From NCBI RefSeq assembly GCF_004010195.1, contig NC_057751.1, positions 2,641,286 to 2,684,184 of the forward strand: DNA of 42,899 nt. The letters are read 5' to 3'. A model generated the notes under the pieces. The model did not search any database and was not told where the DNA came from. It worked only from the letters and a program-made list of their open reading frames with translations. Positions 1-10,975 of this stretch are shown one piece after another; within the stretch, counting starts at the first letter, position 1, and each line of letters opens with the position of its first letter. Both the position numbers and the translations under genes were made by a program. Source of the DNA: Chiloscyllium plagiosum (taxonomy: Eukaryota).

Positions 1-163
1 TCCAAGGAGCAGGAGAATCGACGTTTCAGGCATGAGTCCTTCTTTCAGGCTCATGCCCGAAACGTCGATTCTCCTGTTCCTTGGATGCTGCCTGACCTGC
101 TGCGCTTTTCCAGCAACACATGTTCAGCTCTGATCTCCAGCATCTGCAGTCCTCACTTTCTCC
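1..163. mobile_element. Fold-back non-autonomous Penelope-like element derivative, family A (cut by window edge)
   Basis: 1-36 (tccaaggagcaggagaatcgacgtttcaggcatgag) is a near reverse complement of 50-85. Same family as 14247-14459 and 27923-28050. Hammerhead remnant ggctcatgcccgaaacgtc. Confidence 0.85.
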
Positions 164-879
164 CTGAGCTGGAATGAAGTTAAATAAAATGAAGGAGAAA
201 ATGTATGAATCCTGGTGATGGCCCATTGATTAGAAAAGCTGCTGATTTTGAAGTTAACCTGTGTTTTGCTGAAGCAATGAATTTCCATCAACTCTTACAA
301 CTCAGCAAATAATGGACTGAACTGTCACAGTAACTCTGGAAAAACCCTTGTTTGAAACAGATACAGTGAATCAGATGCAATAATGTGAATTATCTACTGA
401 ATTTCAGTTAAGTATGGCACAAATAATTGGATGAGACAAAGCGTGAGCAAGCTACTGTTGTGGTTGAAGTTCATTAAAAGCAAGAAATACGGATGTTTCC
501 AAGGAAACACAAGCAAGTCCAAATCAGTTAATTCAGTAAACTCGTCATAGGAAATGACACATTTGTGATGTTTGTCAGTGGTCAACTTTATCATTTGCTG
601 AAGACTGGACAATGTAAACATTTGAATACACAGCTTGTCTGTGTGGCAAAAAGGGTATGAAAAAAATTGATTCACAGCACAATTTAGCTCGCTGAGGGAA
701 ACAATCATCTGATCAGCAGCTAGAAGATGGGACAGAGCAGGCTGATCACTTATCTGGCCTGATCTTCAGATAAGACCATGTAAACGGATGAACTTGTGAT
801 TGTCCGTATTTTATGGACAAGATGTTTGCAATATTTTTTTGAAGTATACCTTTCTTTAATAAAGAACATCAGGTAAAGG

Positions 880-1545
880 CTGTTGTCAGAACTGCCTGTG
901 TGTTACTGATATCCAGAATAAAGTGGGAATAAAAGCCTAGAGCTGAGTGGCTCTGGCAGAACCTAAACTGGATCTCAGAGAGTAGGTTATTGCTGAGCAA
1001 ATTCTGCTTGTTTGTGCTGTTGGTGGCACCTTCCTTCACTTCACTGAAGATCAAGATTCGATTAACAGTGCAGTAATTAGCTGGGTTTGATCTGTGCTGC
1101 TTTTGAGTACAGAACATACCTGGGCAGTTTTCCACATTGTTGCGTGGATGCCACTGGAAGCTATACAAGAATAACTTGGCTCAGGGAGGTGTGCTTTCTG
1201 GAGCTCATGCCTTCAGTACTCTTGCTGGAATGTTGTCAGGGCCCATAGTTTTTGCAGTATCCAGTACCGTCAGCCATTTCTTGATATCATGTGGAGTGAA
1301 CTGAATTGGCTAAAGACCAGTATCTCTGACTCAAGTGACATCCAGAGGAGGCTGAGCTGGATTATGTTATCAGCATTTCTGTTTGTTGTGAATGCTTCAG
1401 CCTTATCTTTTGCAGTGATGTGCGGGTACCCTCATGACTGAGGATGGAGATATTAGTGAAGCTTCCTCCTACAGTGGGTGTTTGATTGCCCACCACTATT
1501 CACGACGGAATGTGGCAGGACTGCAGAGCTTAGATCTGATCCATT
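880..1545 (-). mobile_element. Old CR1/L2-clade LINE, reverse transcriptase N-terminal fragment (decayed)
   Basis: Minus translation around 970-1140 (WKTAQVC..KQHRSNPANYCTVNRILIFSEVKEG..LLSNNLLSEIQFRFCQSHS) resembles the LINE RT motif WK.A.V.P.HKK....P.NYRPISLL...SK..E....Q.GFR. Confidence 0.75.
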
Positions 1546-1579
1546 TGTTTGGACCACTGCAATCCATTAGGTGTAGTGT

Positions 1580-1934
1580 GCAAGGTTTGTGAAGGTTTGT
1601 AGCTCAGGTTGAGGTTTAGGGTGTAGGTTTGCTCGCTGAGCTGTAGGTTTGATATCCAGACCCAGTACAACCCATGAACAAAACCAACGTTATCTACAAA
1701 ATTCCATGCAAGGAAAACAAACGCATAGATCTCGATGCCATCTATCAACCCCTCAGAAAACGAACATGAAATGACATCACCACAAACCCCAGGAACCCCA
1801 TCCAGGGGAAAGATATAAATAGAAAGGAGACAACAGCTTCGCTTCACTTGGAGGTCGCCACTGATGATGTTACCTAGCCAGGTAATGAAACGTCTGGATA
1901 TCAAACCTACAGCTCAGCGAGCAAACCTACACCC
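1580..1934 (+). mobile_element. Internally deleted Penelope-like element (family D) with inverted terminal arm
   Basis: 12-bp TSD taggtgtagtgt at 1568-1579 and 1935-1946. Perfect 45-bp inverted repeat 1617-1661/1892-1936. GIY-YIG remnants PVQPMNKTNVIYKIPCK (1662-1712) and NKRIDLDAIYQPLRKR. Confidence 0.85.
1858..1897 (+). ncRNA. Minimal type I hammerhead ribozyme motif
   Basis: CCA-CTGATGA(1861-1867)-T-GTTACCT-AGCC-AGGTAAT-GAAA(1887-1890)-CGTC-TGG. 7-bp stem II, stem I CCA/TGG, predicted cleavage after C1894. Confidence 0.8.
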
Positions 1935-2094
1935 TAGGTGTAGTGTTATTAGAAAGGGAGTTCCAGGATTATGACCCAGTAACAATAAAGGAATGGCAAT
2001 GATGGTAAATGGCTTAGAAGGAGACCTGCAAAGGGTGGTGTTCCCATGTATCTGCAGCCCTTTTTCTTGATGGAAGTGGTCATGGGTTTGGAAC

Positions 2095-2208
2095 GTGAAA
2101 GCTGAAATAACTGCGGATGTTGTGAATCAGAAACAAAGCTCAGCAGGTCTGGCAGCATCTGTGAAGAGAAATCAGAATTAACGTTTTGGATGGAGTGACC
2201 CTTCCTCA
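2095..2208 (-). mobile_element. Single-arm PLE derivative, family B
   Basis: 11-bp TSD gggtttggaac at 2084-2094 and 2209-2219. Minus strand reads ctgaggaagggtcactccatccaaaacgtt (decayed hammerhead). Similar to 12003-12263 and 37553-37802. Confidence 0.8.
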
Positions 2209-2359
2209 GGGTTTGGAACATAATGTCTAAGGAGCCTTGCTGAGTTTCTGCAGTGCATCTTGTAAATAGTACACACTGCTGCAACTGAGCATAAATGTTG
2301 GAGGGAGATATTTGTGAATGCAGTGCCAGTCAAGTGCGTTCCTTTATCCTGGATCATTC

Positions 2360-2513
2360 TTCATCCATGGGACATGGATGTCGCTGACTAGTCCAGCATT
2401 TATTGCCCATCCTGGGTTCCCCTTGTGAAGATGGCGGTGCAGTGCCTTCTTGAACCTCTGCAGCTCAGTTGTTGATGGTACACCCACAATTCCCTGAGGG
2501 AGGTAGTTCCAGG
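2360..2513 (-). mobile_element. 3' terminus of the old LINE family
   Basis: catgggacatggatgtcgctgactagtccagcatttattgcccatcc is reverse-complementary to the 3' end at 38630-38690. Confidence 0.65.
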
Positions 2514-2639
2514 ATCACAGGACTCAAAGCATTAACTCTGTTTCTCGCTCCATAGATGCTGCCATATCTGCTTATTCAGATTTCCTGTATTCATGGCACT
2601 ATGCTTTTTTTGCTTCATCCATGGATTGGGGGTGTTGCT

Positions 2640-3290
2640 CGTTGAGCCACCATTTATTGCTCAAGCCAACCTGCCCTCGATAAGGTGCTGATGAGCTGCT
2701 TTCTTGAACTTCTGTCATCCATTTGAAGAATACCTTGAGGAAGAGAGTGACTGAAGTTTGACTCCACGACACTGAACAAACTGCAATATATTTCCAATTC
2801 AGGATGGTGAGTGTTTGGAGGGGAATTTGTAGGTGGTCATGTACCTATCTGTCAGGTGTTCTTGGCCTTATAGATAGTAACAGTTGTGGATTTGGAAGGT
2901 TCTTTCTTTGGAACCTCGGTGATTTTCTACTGTGCATCTTGCAGGAAATACACACTGCTGCGAGAGTGCATCACTGGTTGAAGGAGTGGATGTTTTTGAT
3001 TGCGGTGACAATCAAGTGGGTGTTTTGTCTTGGATGAGTGTTGTTGGAGCTGCACTCATCCAGGCAAATAGGGAGTTTTCCATCACACTGCTGACTTGTG
3101 CCTTTTAGGTGGTGGACAAGATATGGGGAGTCAGGGAGTTGGTTACTCTCTAAAAGATTCCTAGCCTCTAACCTACTCTTGTCGCCGCAGTACATATATG
3201 GTTCGTCCAATTCAGTTTATGGTTGGTGGGAATCCTCCGATGTTGACAGTGGGGATTCAGTGATGTTAATGCCATTGAATGTTGGTATCT
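2640..3290 (-). mobile_element. 3' region of the old LINE family
   Basis: catttattgc..gagctgctttcttgaac..atatttccaattcaggatggtg blocks, collinear with 5440-5803. Confidence 0.7.
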
Positions 3291-3399
3291 GCAGCTTAAA
3301 GGGTTTTGACTCAGAACTCGAGTTTGAGTTTCTGACACTGCTATCTACCAGATTGCTTGCTATAATGAAGAAATTGTCCAATAAGAAAAGTTGAACATG

Positions 3400-3775
3400 T
3401 TTGGACTTTACCCATTGGATCTTAGATGTGAAACACAAGTCCTGAGGAGGTTTAAGCTGGTAGATGCTTCCCCTTACAGGGGCATTTTCACTTTGGGGCA
3501 GTTTAAAAATGAGAGATCTCCCATTAAAGAAGAAGAGGAGGAAGAATTTCAGAGGGCTGACAGATTTTGGAATTCTTTCTGATGGTGAGTGCGGTAGATT
3601 GCATAATATATTCAAGGCTGAGGTGGATCTATTTTGGCACACACGAAAATGGGTTGTGGTGGGCAGGCAGGAAAGTAAACAGTCACAATCAGCCATGATC
3701 TTGTTGAATGGCAGAGCTAGCTGGAAGGCTGATTGGACCGCTCCTGCTGCAATTTATTTTGTTCCTATGTTCTGT
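3400..3775 (+). mobile_element. Old CR1 LINE 3' end
   Basis: Decayed ORF2 C-terminus, then cagccatgatcttgttgaatggcagag..ctcctgct..tgttcctatgt tail typical of CR1. Confidence 0.7.
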
Positions 3776-4120
3776 GACTCAGTGTTGATTATGGTCCAGT
3801 TCAATGCCTGAGGGCAATCCACTATTGTTAAAGGCATGATGTGAAAAATTGTTGTGCTTGTTTGAAACGCATTCGAGAGAGTCACATAGTGCTTCCAGAC
3901 GGGCTTCTTACCACAGCAGGGAGTACTGTGAATAAGACAGTGTCAGTAGGCGAATGTGTAACCTTGGCAATAGAGAATGGAATTAAACCAGATTTTAAAG
4001 CTGGACACAGCAAAGTGTGACAGAAGCGGTGTCAGTTAGACACACACAGTAGGATGGTAATGACAACTGAGGCAGACATTTCTTTGAGGGACTGAAACAT
4101 GCAAAAACAACATTCTGAAC

Positions 4121-4346
4121 TGAAATAACACCACAGAGGCTGGAATCCCATCAAGCCACCCTTTATGCATTGTACTTGACACTGATCAGCTTCCTCAGAG
4201 GCAACTCTCAGAGTGAACAGACTCTGTGAGACTCCTGTTCTTATCTGTCAGCCAGGGCTCCCTGATTGAACCAGGTTAACAGCCCCAGTGGGGGAACCCA
4301 AGATTTTTGTGAGGTCGCCCTGGCTGACCTTATTACAATCACTACA
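4121..4346 (-). mobile_element. Short solo LTR (226 bp)
   Basis: TG...CA termini and 5-bp TSD tgaac at 4116-4120 and 4347-4351. A related segment (catcaagtcaccctttat) occurs at ~41568-41585. Confidence 0.75.
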
Positions 4347-4599
4347 TGAACCTCAGAGACAAAGAAAAAGAAAGTTACACTTGCATTATGCAACAAATCT
4401 ATGAATATATTGCCAGCTCCTTGTTCGATTCATACACCAAAGATGGGATTCTGTTTTATTGTTCCATTGAGAGGATTTAAGAGATAGTCAGGCATGTACT
4501 ACTCAAACAGTGACCTTTCCAGTTCCTCAAAACTATGTAAATACAGTCTTTTATAAGTAAGAAACACTTCAGGTTTGTTTTGCTCTCCATACGTAAAGA

Positions 4600-5133
4600 C
4601 ATTGGTCTCCCTCCTATAGGAAGGATGTTGTGAAACTTGAAAGGGTTCAGAAATGATTTACAAGGATGTTGCCAAGGTTGGAGGATTTGAGCCGCACGGA
4701 GTGGTTGAATAGGCTGGGGCTGTTTTCCCCAGAGCGTCTGAGGCTGAGGGGCGACCTTATAAACGTTTATAAAACCATGAATTGCAGAGACATTTTTTTT
4801 TTCCCCAGAGCAGAGGAGTTCAGAACGAAAGGACATAGGTTTAGGGTGAGAGAGAAAAAAAATCTAAAAGCGAAATAAGGGACAACTTTTTCACGCAAAG
4901 GGTGATGCCTGGATGGAATGAGCTGCCAGAGGAAGTGATGGAGGCTGGTGCAATGACAACACTTAAAAGACATCTGGATGGGTATATGAATAGGAAGGGT
5001 TGAGAGGGATATGGGCCAAGTGCTGGCAAATAGGACTAGATTAAGTTAGGATATCTGGTTGGCATGGACGAGTTGGGCCGAAGGGTCTGTTTCCGTGCTG
5101 GATATCTCTGCAACTGTATGATCCTATGACTGT
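4600..5133 (+). mobile_element. HER1/CR1 LINE, 5'-truncated 3' end
   Basis: MLPRLEDLS..LNRLGLFS.ER.RLRGDLI.VYK; gggccgaagggtctgtttcc 3' UTR; high similarity to 25808-26350 and 27045-27620. Confidence 0.92.
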
Positions 5134-5439
5134 GCAGAATCAGACTGCTTTAGTGAACATGTTTTTATATAAAGATGTGTTTATGAATAGAGTATCTAGA
5201 GTATATTTTTGAAATAAAAAAAATCAGAGGTTCACTCTGAAGAGAACACTGCATTGTGAAAGCGACTGTACTGAGGGAGTGTTGCATTTCACAGATTAGA
5301 ACTCAGGACCTCTGCTTTTTCAGAGGAAGGACAATATTGAGACAGAGTTCCACTGTCAGTGCGCCTCCACGTTTGGAGGATCAGTACTGATGGAATGCTG
5401 AATTATCAGACCTGTTTTTCATTTGATCACTCGATGTGA

Positions 5440-5803
5440 GAGTATTTATTGATCGCCCCAAGTCATCATGAGAAGGTTGTGGGGAGCTGTTTCCTTGAAC
5501 CGTTGCAGCCTTTGGAGTGTATGTATATACTGTTTGGAAAGGAAGTCCAAGATTTTAAGCCAGCAATAGCGAAGGAACAGTAATATATTTCCAAGTCAGG
5601 ATAATGATTGGCTCAGATGAGAATTTGCAGATGGTGGTGTTCCCACATCTCAACTGCCCTTGTCATTTTGGGTGGTTGAGATTGCAGATTTGGAAGGTGC
5701 TGTTGAAAGAACATTGGTTAATTTCTGCAGTGCGTCTTATAGATCGTACACACAGTTGAGGGAGTGAACCAGTCAAGCCACTGTTTTGTCCAGAATGATG
5801 GTC
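5440..5803 (-). mobile_element. 3' region of the old LINE family
   Basis: Collinear with 2640-3030 (atatatttccaagtcaggat..ggtggtgttccca..). Confidence 0.7.
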
Positions 5804-6105
5804 AACACTGAGGGAATGCTGCACTGTTAGGTTCATCATTTTTGGATGAGACAGTAAACAGAGGTCTCATCTGTCCTTTGAGGTTGACGTAAAAGAGCTG
5901 ACAGTTGCTACTGTGAAGAAGGGCCTGTCCCTCTCTCCCAGTATCTTGGGTCAATATTAATACTGAAAAGCACATTGTCATGGCATTCCCACATTGTGTT
6001 TGTGAGATCTTACTGTGCATAAATTGACTCCTGCATTTGTAATATTGCAACGGTGATTACAGCAGAAAAGTGTTTCATTTACTGTAAAATGCTTTTAGCA
6101 GACAA
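5804..6105 (+). mobile_element. Deu-domain SINE (SacSINE1/AmnSINE1-like)
   Basis: actgagggaatgctgcactg..ggatgagacagtaaacagaggtctcatctgtcct..gacgtaaaaga..tgtttgtgagatcttactgtgcataaattgact matches my recollection of the DeuSINE core. Confidence 0.7.
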
Positions 6106-6495
6106 AGGGCAATTGCGATGTTATAAAAGATGAACTCACTGAAATGAACTGCAAACCAGGCTTGGAAGAGTTCAACAGTGACACCGAGTGCATATTTCTG
6201 AATTCTTTTTGTCACTGAAGGCATCAACTTAAGAAAAAAGCATCAAACTGCTGAAAAATGTGTGAGAGGTCAGACACTTGGTAAGAATACAAATACTAGC
6301 AGAGAATGACTCAAAGATTAATCAGGAGAAGGAAATTAATAATGACAGAAAGCTGGCTACAAAGATGGAAACAGATAGGAAGAGTTTCCACAGATGTATA
6401 AAACATAAAAGACGAAGTGAAGTGAGTGTTGGTCCTCAAGGGAGTCAGAATGGGGAGATAATAAGGAAATGATGGAGGAAATGATAAAGTATTTT
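6106..6495 (+). mobile_element. CR1 ORF2 linker fragment (between endonuclease and RT)
   Basis: KLATKMETDRKSFHRCIKHKRRSEVSVGP resembles the CR1 LA..IK...K.F..Y...KR.....VGPL motif. Confidence 0.65.
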
Positions 6496-6934
6496 GGAGG
6501 ATGGGCTATGATGAGATTGGTGGTAGAATTGGGTGAGACATCTGACAAGGCCAGTCTTGACATTTTGCACCATGTTTTATACTTTTGTATGGTGATGTGG
6601 GGGGTTTCTTGCTAGTGCCAATGTTGGGAGAGTACTTAGTGGTTCATTGAATGCCTTGTTAACAGCCCAATCACCTTATTAATATTCAGCCTCCACTTTA
6701 CCAAATGCACCAAACAAGCTCGACATCAAGAAATCTTGACAAGGGAATCAGAGCATGTATCTGGCAGCTGACTCCAAAGAACCTCCGAGTTGGACCTTGG
6801 GCATCAATATCTCTGGAAACACTCCATAGACACTGGACACACGCACCCATATCCAGGGGCATTGGCATCCTCCAAATGTATCCTTTTTTAAGAATCATCA
6901 TGACATATCTTCATTCCACTTGCACAATTCAGCT

Positions 6935-7211
6935 ATTACGAGGGGGCATAGCTTTAAATTAAGGGGCGGGTAGGTATAGGACAGATGTTAGGGGTAGGTT
7001 CTTTACTTAGCGAGTCGTGAGCTCATGGAATGCCCTGCCAGTAGCAGTGGTGGACTCTCCCTCTTTACGAGCATTTAAACGGGCATTGGATAGGCATATG
7101 GAGGATAGTGGGCTAGTGTAGGTTAGGTGGGCTTGGATCGGTGCAACATCGAGGGCCGAAGGGCCTGTACTGCACTGTATTCTTCTATGTTCTATGTTCT
7201 ATGTTCTAATG
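6935..7211 (+). mobile_element. CR1 LINE 3' end with (TTCTATG)n tail
   Basis: gggccgaagggcctgtactgcactgtattcttctatgttctatgttctatgttct tail. Confidence 0.85.
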
Positions 7212-7914
7212 CTTATGCACTTCAGTACTGAACCTCAGGCTGCAGCAGCAACTGCAACAGCTAGGTGCTCAAAGACACAAAATCACTTATGGACTAGAGC
7301 AGGCTGCTTCTATGGGCTCTTTGCCTGCTGTCATATTGTTCATTCACTCCGAGTCTCACAGTATCACTGCCTTCTATTCACTTTCCTTGCTGTTGTGCTA
7401 TTCCCCCTGAGCTCGCACTATCAGGGTCATATCAGACCGGCACAAAGGCAGGAAACTTGTTATAGTTGTCAGGATTTTTCAGCCAAGAAAAGCAGGACAG
7501 CCTTCACAATGTCAGGACCAGCCCCTGATGCCAGTCCAGCGGTTCGACATGGTCAATCACTCACCGAGGCAGTTAGAATCACAGTGTTCTCCACGTAAGG
7601 GCTATGGAGCCAAGCACCATTATTTTTCTGCCATATTGGAGACTTCTTTCCTCTTAGAATGAGAGAGAGGCAAGTATTAAAGGAGGTGCACGTGGGTGGC
7701 ATAGATGTGACATTTTGTCCACATGAGGAGGTGTCCTGAGCATGTGATTAAACAGTGTCAAGAATATGTAGAGTTACTGCTATCAGGGTTTGTGCTGGTA
7801 ACAGCAAATGATGGAAGATGTTGCAGGCAACAGTGAGAGCAGTAAAGCATGAACCTTGGTGGGAGATGGGTCCAGTAGCAGAGATAGAGCATGAGATATT
7901 GGACAGAAGATAGG

Positions 7915-8150
7915 TGCATTGACCTGAGAAGGACACTGACAATTTTCCTACAAGTTCCGAGCATTCTTCCAGATGGCTGAGACTATGACAAACTTGATGG
8001 CAACCTCAGACCAGGCTGGCATGATCTGGTGTGATGGCCTCCATTACTAGTCCTAGAAGAGGGTGAAGTCCTGTCTCTTCTCACGTTGTTGAGCAGAGTT
8101 TCTAGGTCCCGGCCCACAAAGCGTGATGCTCATTTCCTCATGTCCAGATG
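7915..8150 (-). pseudogene. Decayed Myb/SANT-like DNA-binding gene, Harbinger/PIF transposon type
   Basis: Minus translation across frameshifts and a stop: MRK*ASRFVGRDLETLLNNV..AWSEVAIKFVIVSAIWKNAR..CRKIVSVLLRS, the F...L..LL...W..VA..V.....R....C+K....L pattern of Myb_DNA-bind_5/MSANTD. Confidence 0.6.
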
Positions 8151-8354
8151 AATATTGGGAACCGTGTGGGGCAGCTCTGGACTGATGGCACTTGTCTGGA
8201 TGCCCTCCGGGCTTTAAAAGAATGGGCAAGGATTGCTGATTAATTACAGAATATCCCAGCATTGGCACAGTCTCAGATGGATCAGGATGTCAGGAAAACC
8301 ATTGTGGTGGGATTGGTTGTTAATGAAGCAAGTTTGGGAAGGAAGTACATTTGA

Positions 8355-8655
8355 CACGAGCTATGAAGAGAGTTTGAGTAGGTTAGGTTTATTTTCACTA
8401 GAAAAAAGGAGATTGGGGGGGACCTGATTGAGGTTTACAAAATCATGAAGTGTATAGACAGGGTAGATAGAGAGAACCATTTCCCAGGGTGACGGATTCA
8501 ATAATGAGAGGTCACGGTTTCAACGTGAGAGGTGGAAAGTTTAAGGGGATACACACAGCAAGTACTTCACACAGAGGGTGATGGGTGTCTGGAACGCGTT
8601 GCCAGCAGGGATGACAGAGGCAGGCATGGTAGATTCATTTAAGATGCGTCTGGTT
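8355..8655 (+). mobile_element. CR1 LINE near-3' fragment
   Basis: SYEESLSRLGLFSLEKRRLGG. Confidence 0.8.
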
Positions 8656-8729
8656 CACCTCCAACACCTAAAAATATCTCAATAAAGGAGCAGCTCTTCC
8701 AGCCACAATTTCCTCTTCCTCCATCTTGG

Positions 8730-10285
8730 GATTACCCATTTGTTAATTTTTCAAAATTCTCTCAATTCAGGAAAGCTTCCATCGGACTGGAAAATAGCAA
8801 ATATAACTTCTCAATTGAAGAAGGGAGGGAGATGGAAGACATGAAACTTTAGGTCAGTTAGCTTGACATATGTGGTGAGGAAGGCGTTAGAAATGATTAT
8901 AAAGGAGATTATACGTTTGTTGAGAAATGCTCAAGGTTATTTGGAAGAGTCAGGATTATTTTATCAAAGAGAAGTCATGTTTGACTATGTAATTGACATC
9001 CATTGAAGGATTAACATATGCTGTGGATAAAGGGGAGCCTAGCAAGAAGGCATTTGATAAGGTGTTGCATCAGATGTTATTGCAGTAAATCAAAGCTCAT
9101 AGTGTGGAGGATAACGTATTAGCATGGATAGAAGATTGACTGGCTGGTAGAGAACAGAGTCTGCATAAATAGGTCTCTTTGTCTGATTAACAGGATGGGA
9201 TGAGTTGAGTCCTGCTTGGATCTATAATGGGGCCTTACCATTTTAAAATTTAAATCAATGAATGGGATGAGGGGCTGGGGGAAGTTGGTGCTGGGGACAA
9301 GGTAAGTGAACAAATAGCAGCTAAGTTCACAGACAACCCCAAGACTATTGGAAACGAAAGTACACTTCAAAGGAGACGTAAGCAAGTTGCAGATAAAGAT
9401 ATTATATGTATAATAATAGGTTGAGACAGCAAGAGTGGGTGAAATCCTGGCAAATGGAATATCATGTGAGAAAATGTTAAGTTGCTCATTTTGTCAGAAA
9501 GCATCAAACTGCAGAGAATTACCAAAACAGAAAACGACTGTAGAATTCTGATTCAATTGTTCCGTTGCTTGAGTACAATGATGTGGAGGTCCCAGTGTTG
9601 GATTGGGGTGGACAAAGTCAGAAGTCACACGACACCAGGTTATGGCCCAACAGGTTGATTTGAAATCACAAGCTGTCAGAGCCCCCCATTCCTTCCTCAA
9701 GTGACAAATCTGGTGTCATGTGACTTCTGACTGAGTTACAAAACTTTGCTGCAAAGTCTCAGGCATGATCAAATCAGCTAATAATAGAAAGTTATACATT
9801 TTATTGTGAGAAGAATTGAACATAAAAGTAAGAATGTTATGCATCAGTTATACAGGACATTGGTGAGATTGCACCTCAAATACCATATTTAATTTTGGTC
9901 TCCTTATTTCTGGAAGGATATAAATGCATCAGATGAGGTTTACTAGACTGTTAATTGGAATGAGTGTCTTACAAGGATAGATTGGACAGGCTGAACTTAC
10001 TTCCAACAGAGTTTCAGAACCAGGGTCACTGTTAGAGATATGGAGAACATTTTTCCCTTCAAGCATTGTGCAACTTTAGCACTCTCTGCTACAGAGGTAG
10101 TGAAGTCAGGATCATCCAATGTTTTTAAGACAAGGTGGATGAATTATTGTTCTGCAGGGGATTCAAGGATTATTGAAGGTATGTGAGAACATGGAAATGT
10201 GCTAGACATCCATGATTTTACTGAACAGCAGTGCAGGCGAGGGGAACAGTGAACCAGCCCTGTTCCTATTTCATATATTACGATA
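8730..10285 (+). mobile_element. Old, heavily decayed CR1 ORF2 (RT through 3' end)
   Basis: Remnants gactggaaaatagcaaatataac (DWKIANI), aaggcatttgataaggtg (KAFDKV), tggcaaatggaatat (WQMEY), ttttggtctccttat (FWSPY). Confidence 0.75.
9579..9731. mobile_element. Fold-back PLE derivative, family C
   Basis: agtcagaagtcacacgacaccag is inverted against ctggtgtcatgtgacttctgact. Imperfect TSD tgagtacaa (9570-9578) / tgagttacaa (9732-9741). Confidence 0.75.
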
Positions 10286-10519
10286 TTTGTTTGTTGTTAT
10301 GGTCCCAGCTAATGTTATTACTGGACAAGTTAGATCCCAGATTGAAAACTGACTTGATAGATCATAGTCTGTTCTTTCTTTCAATGCAAAGTGGCAGTCT
10401 TTCACTGAAACATAAGCATGTCAGGCTGCAGATTTGATTTTAGCAGTTTGTTACACAAAAGAAATGATGCTAAAATAAATCAAGCTATTTACAGAGAACA
10501 GACTGTGAAAGATTTCAAA

Positions 10520-10975
10520 AATAGCAAGAATTGTAAACTGTAAGGAGCACAGTGTGGAATTCCAAAAGGACATTGACAGTTTGATGCAGTGGATGTTTAG
10601 GTGGCAGATGAGGTTCAATAAGTGTGAGGTGATGCATTTTGGTCAGAAGAACACTGAAGTAAACATAAAATAGAGGGTACAATTCTAAAGGGGTCTCAGG
10701 AGCAGAGTGACCTGACTGTACATGTGCATTGACCATTGAAGGTGGCAGAACTGGTAGAGAGAGCAGTAACTAACGCATACAATGTTCTCAGCCTTATTAA
10801 TAGGGGCATAGAGTACAAGAGTAAGGACGTGACATTGAAATTGTTAAGACATTCATTCAACCTCACCTGGAGTATAGTGTGTGATTATGAGTACCACATT
10901 GTCAGAAAGATGTGAATGCATTGGAGAGAACGCAAAATCAATTGACTGAAATGTTTCCAGGAATCAGAAATGTCA
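10520..10975 (+). mobile_element. CR1 RT C-terminal fragment
   Basis: tggcagatgaggttcaat..aagtgtgaggtgatgcattttgg (WQMRFN..KCEVMHFG); aataggggcatagagtacaagag (NRGIEYKS). Confidence 0.8.

Larger units (their letters stand above)
1546..2355 (-). mobile_element. 3' region of an old LINE family, interrupted by two PLE-derived insertions
   Basis: Shares gggagttccagga..ttgacccag..aaggaa..ggtggtgttcccat blocks with 2360-2513, 2640-3290, 5440-5803, 31390-31524 and (reverse) 38470-38690. Confidence 0.7.

Noticed and set aside
164..875. Unassigned sequence with paired GATA sites (cttatct/cagataag) and AATAAA
   Set aside because: Could be an LTR or an enhancer, but I found no termini, TSD or second copy to support a call.
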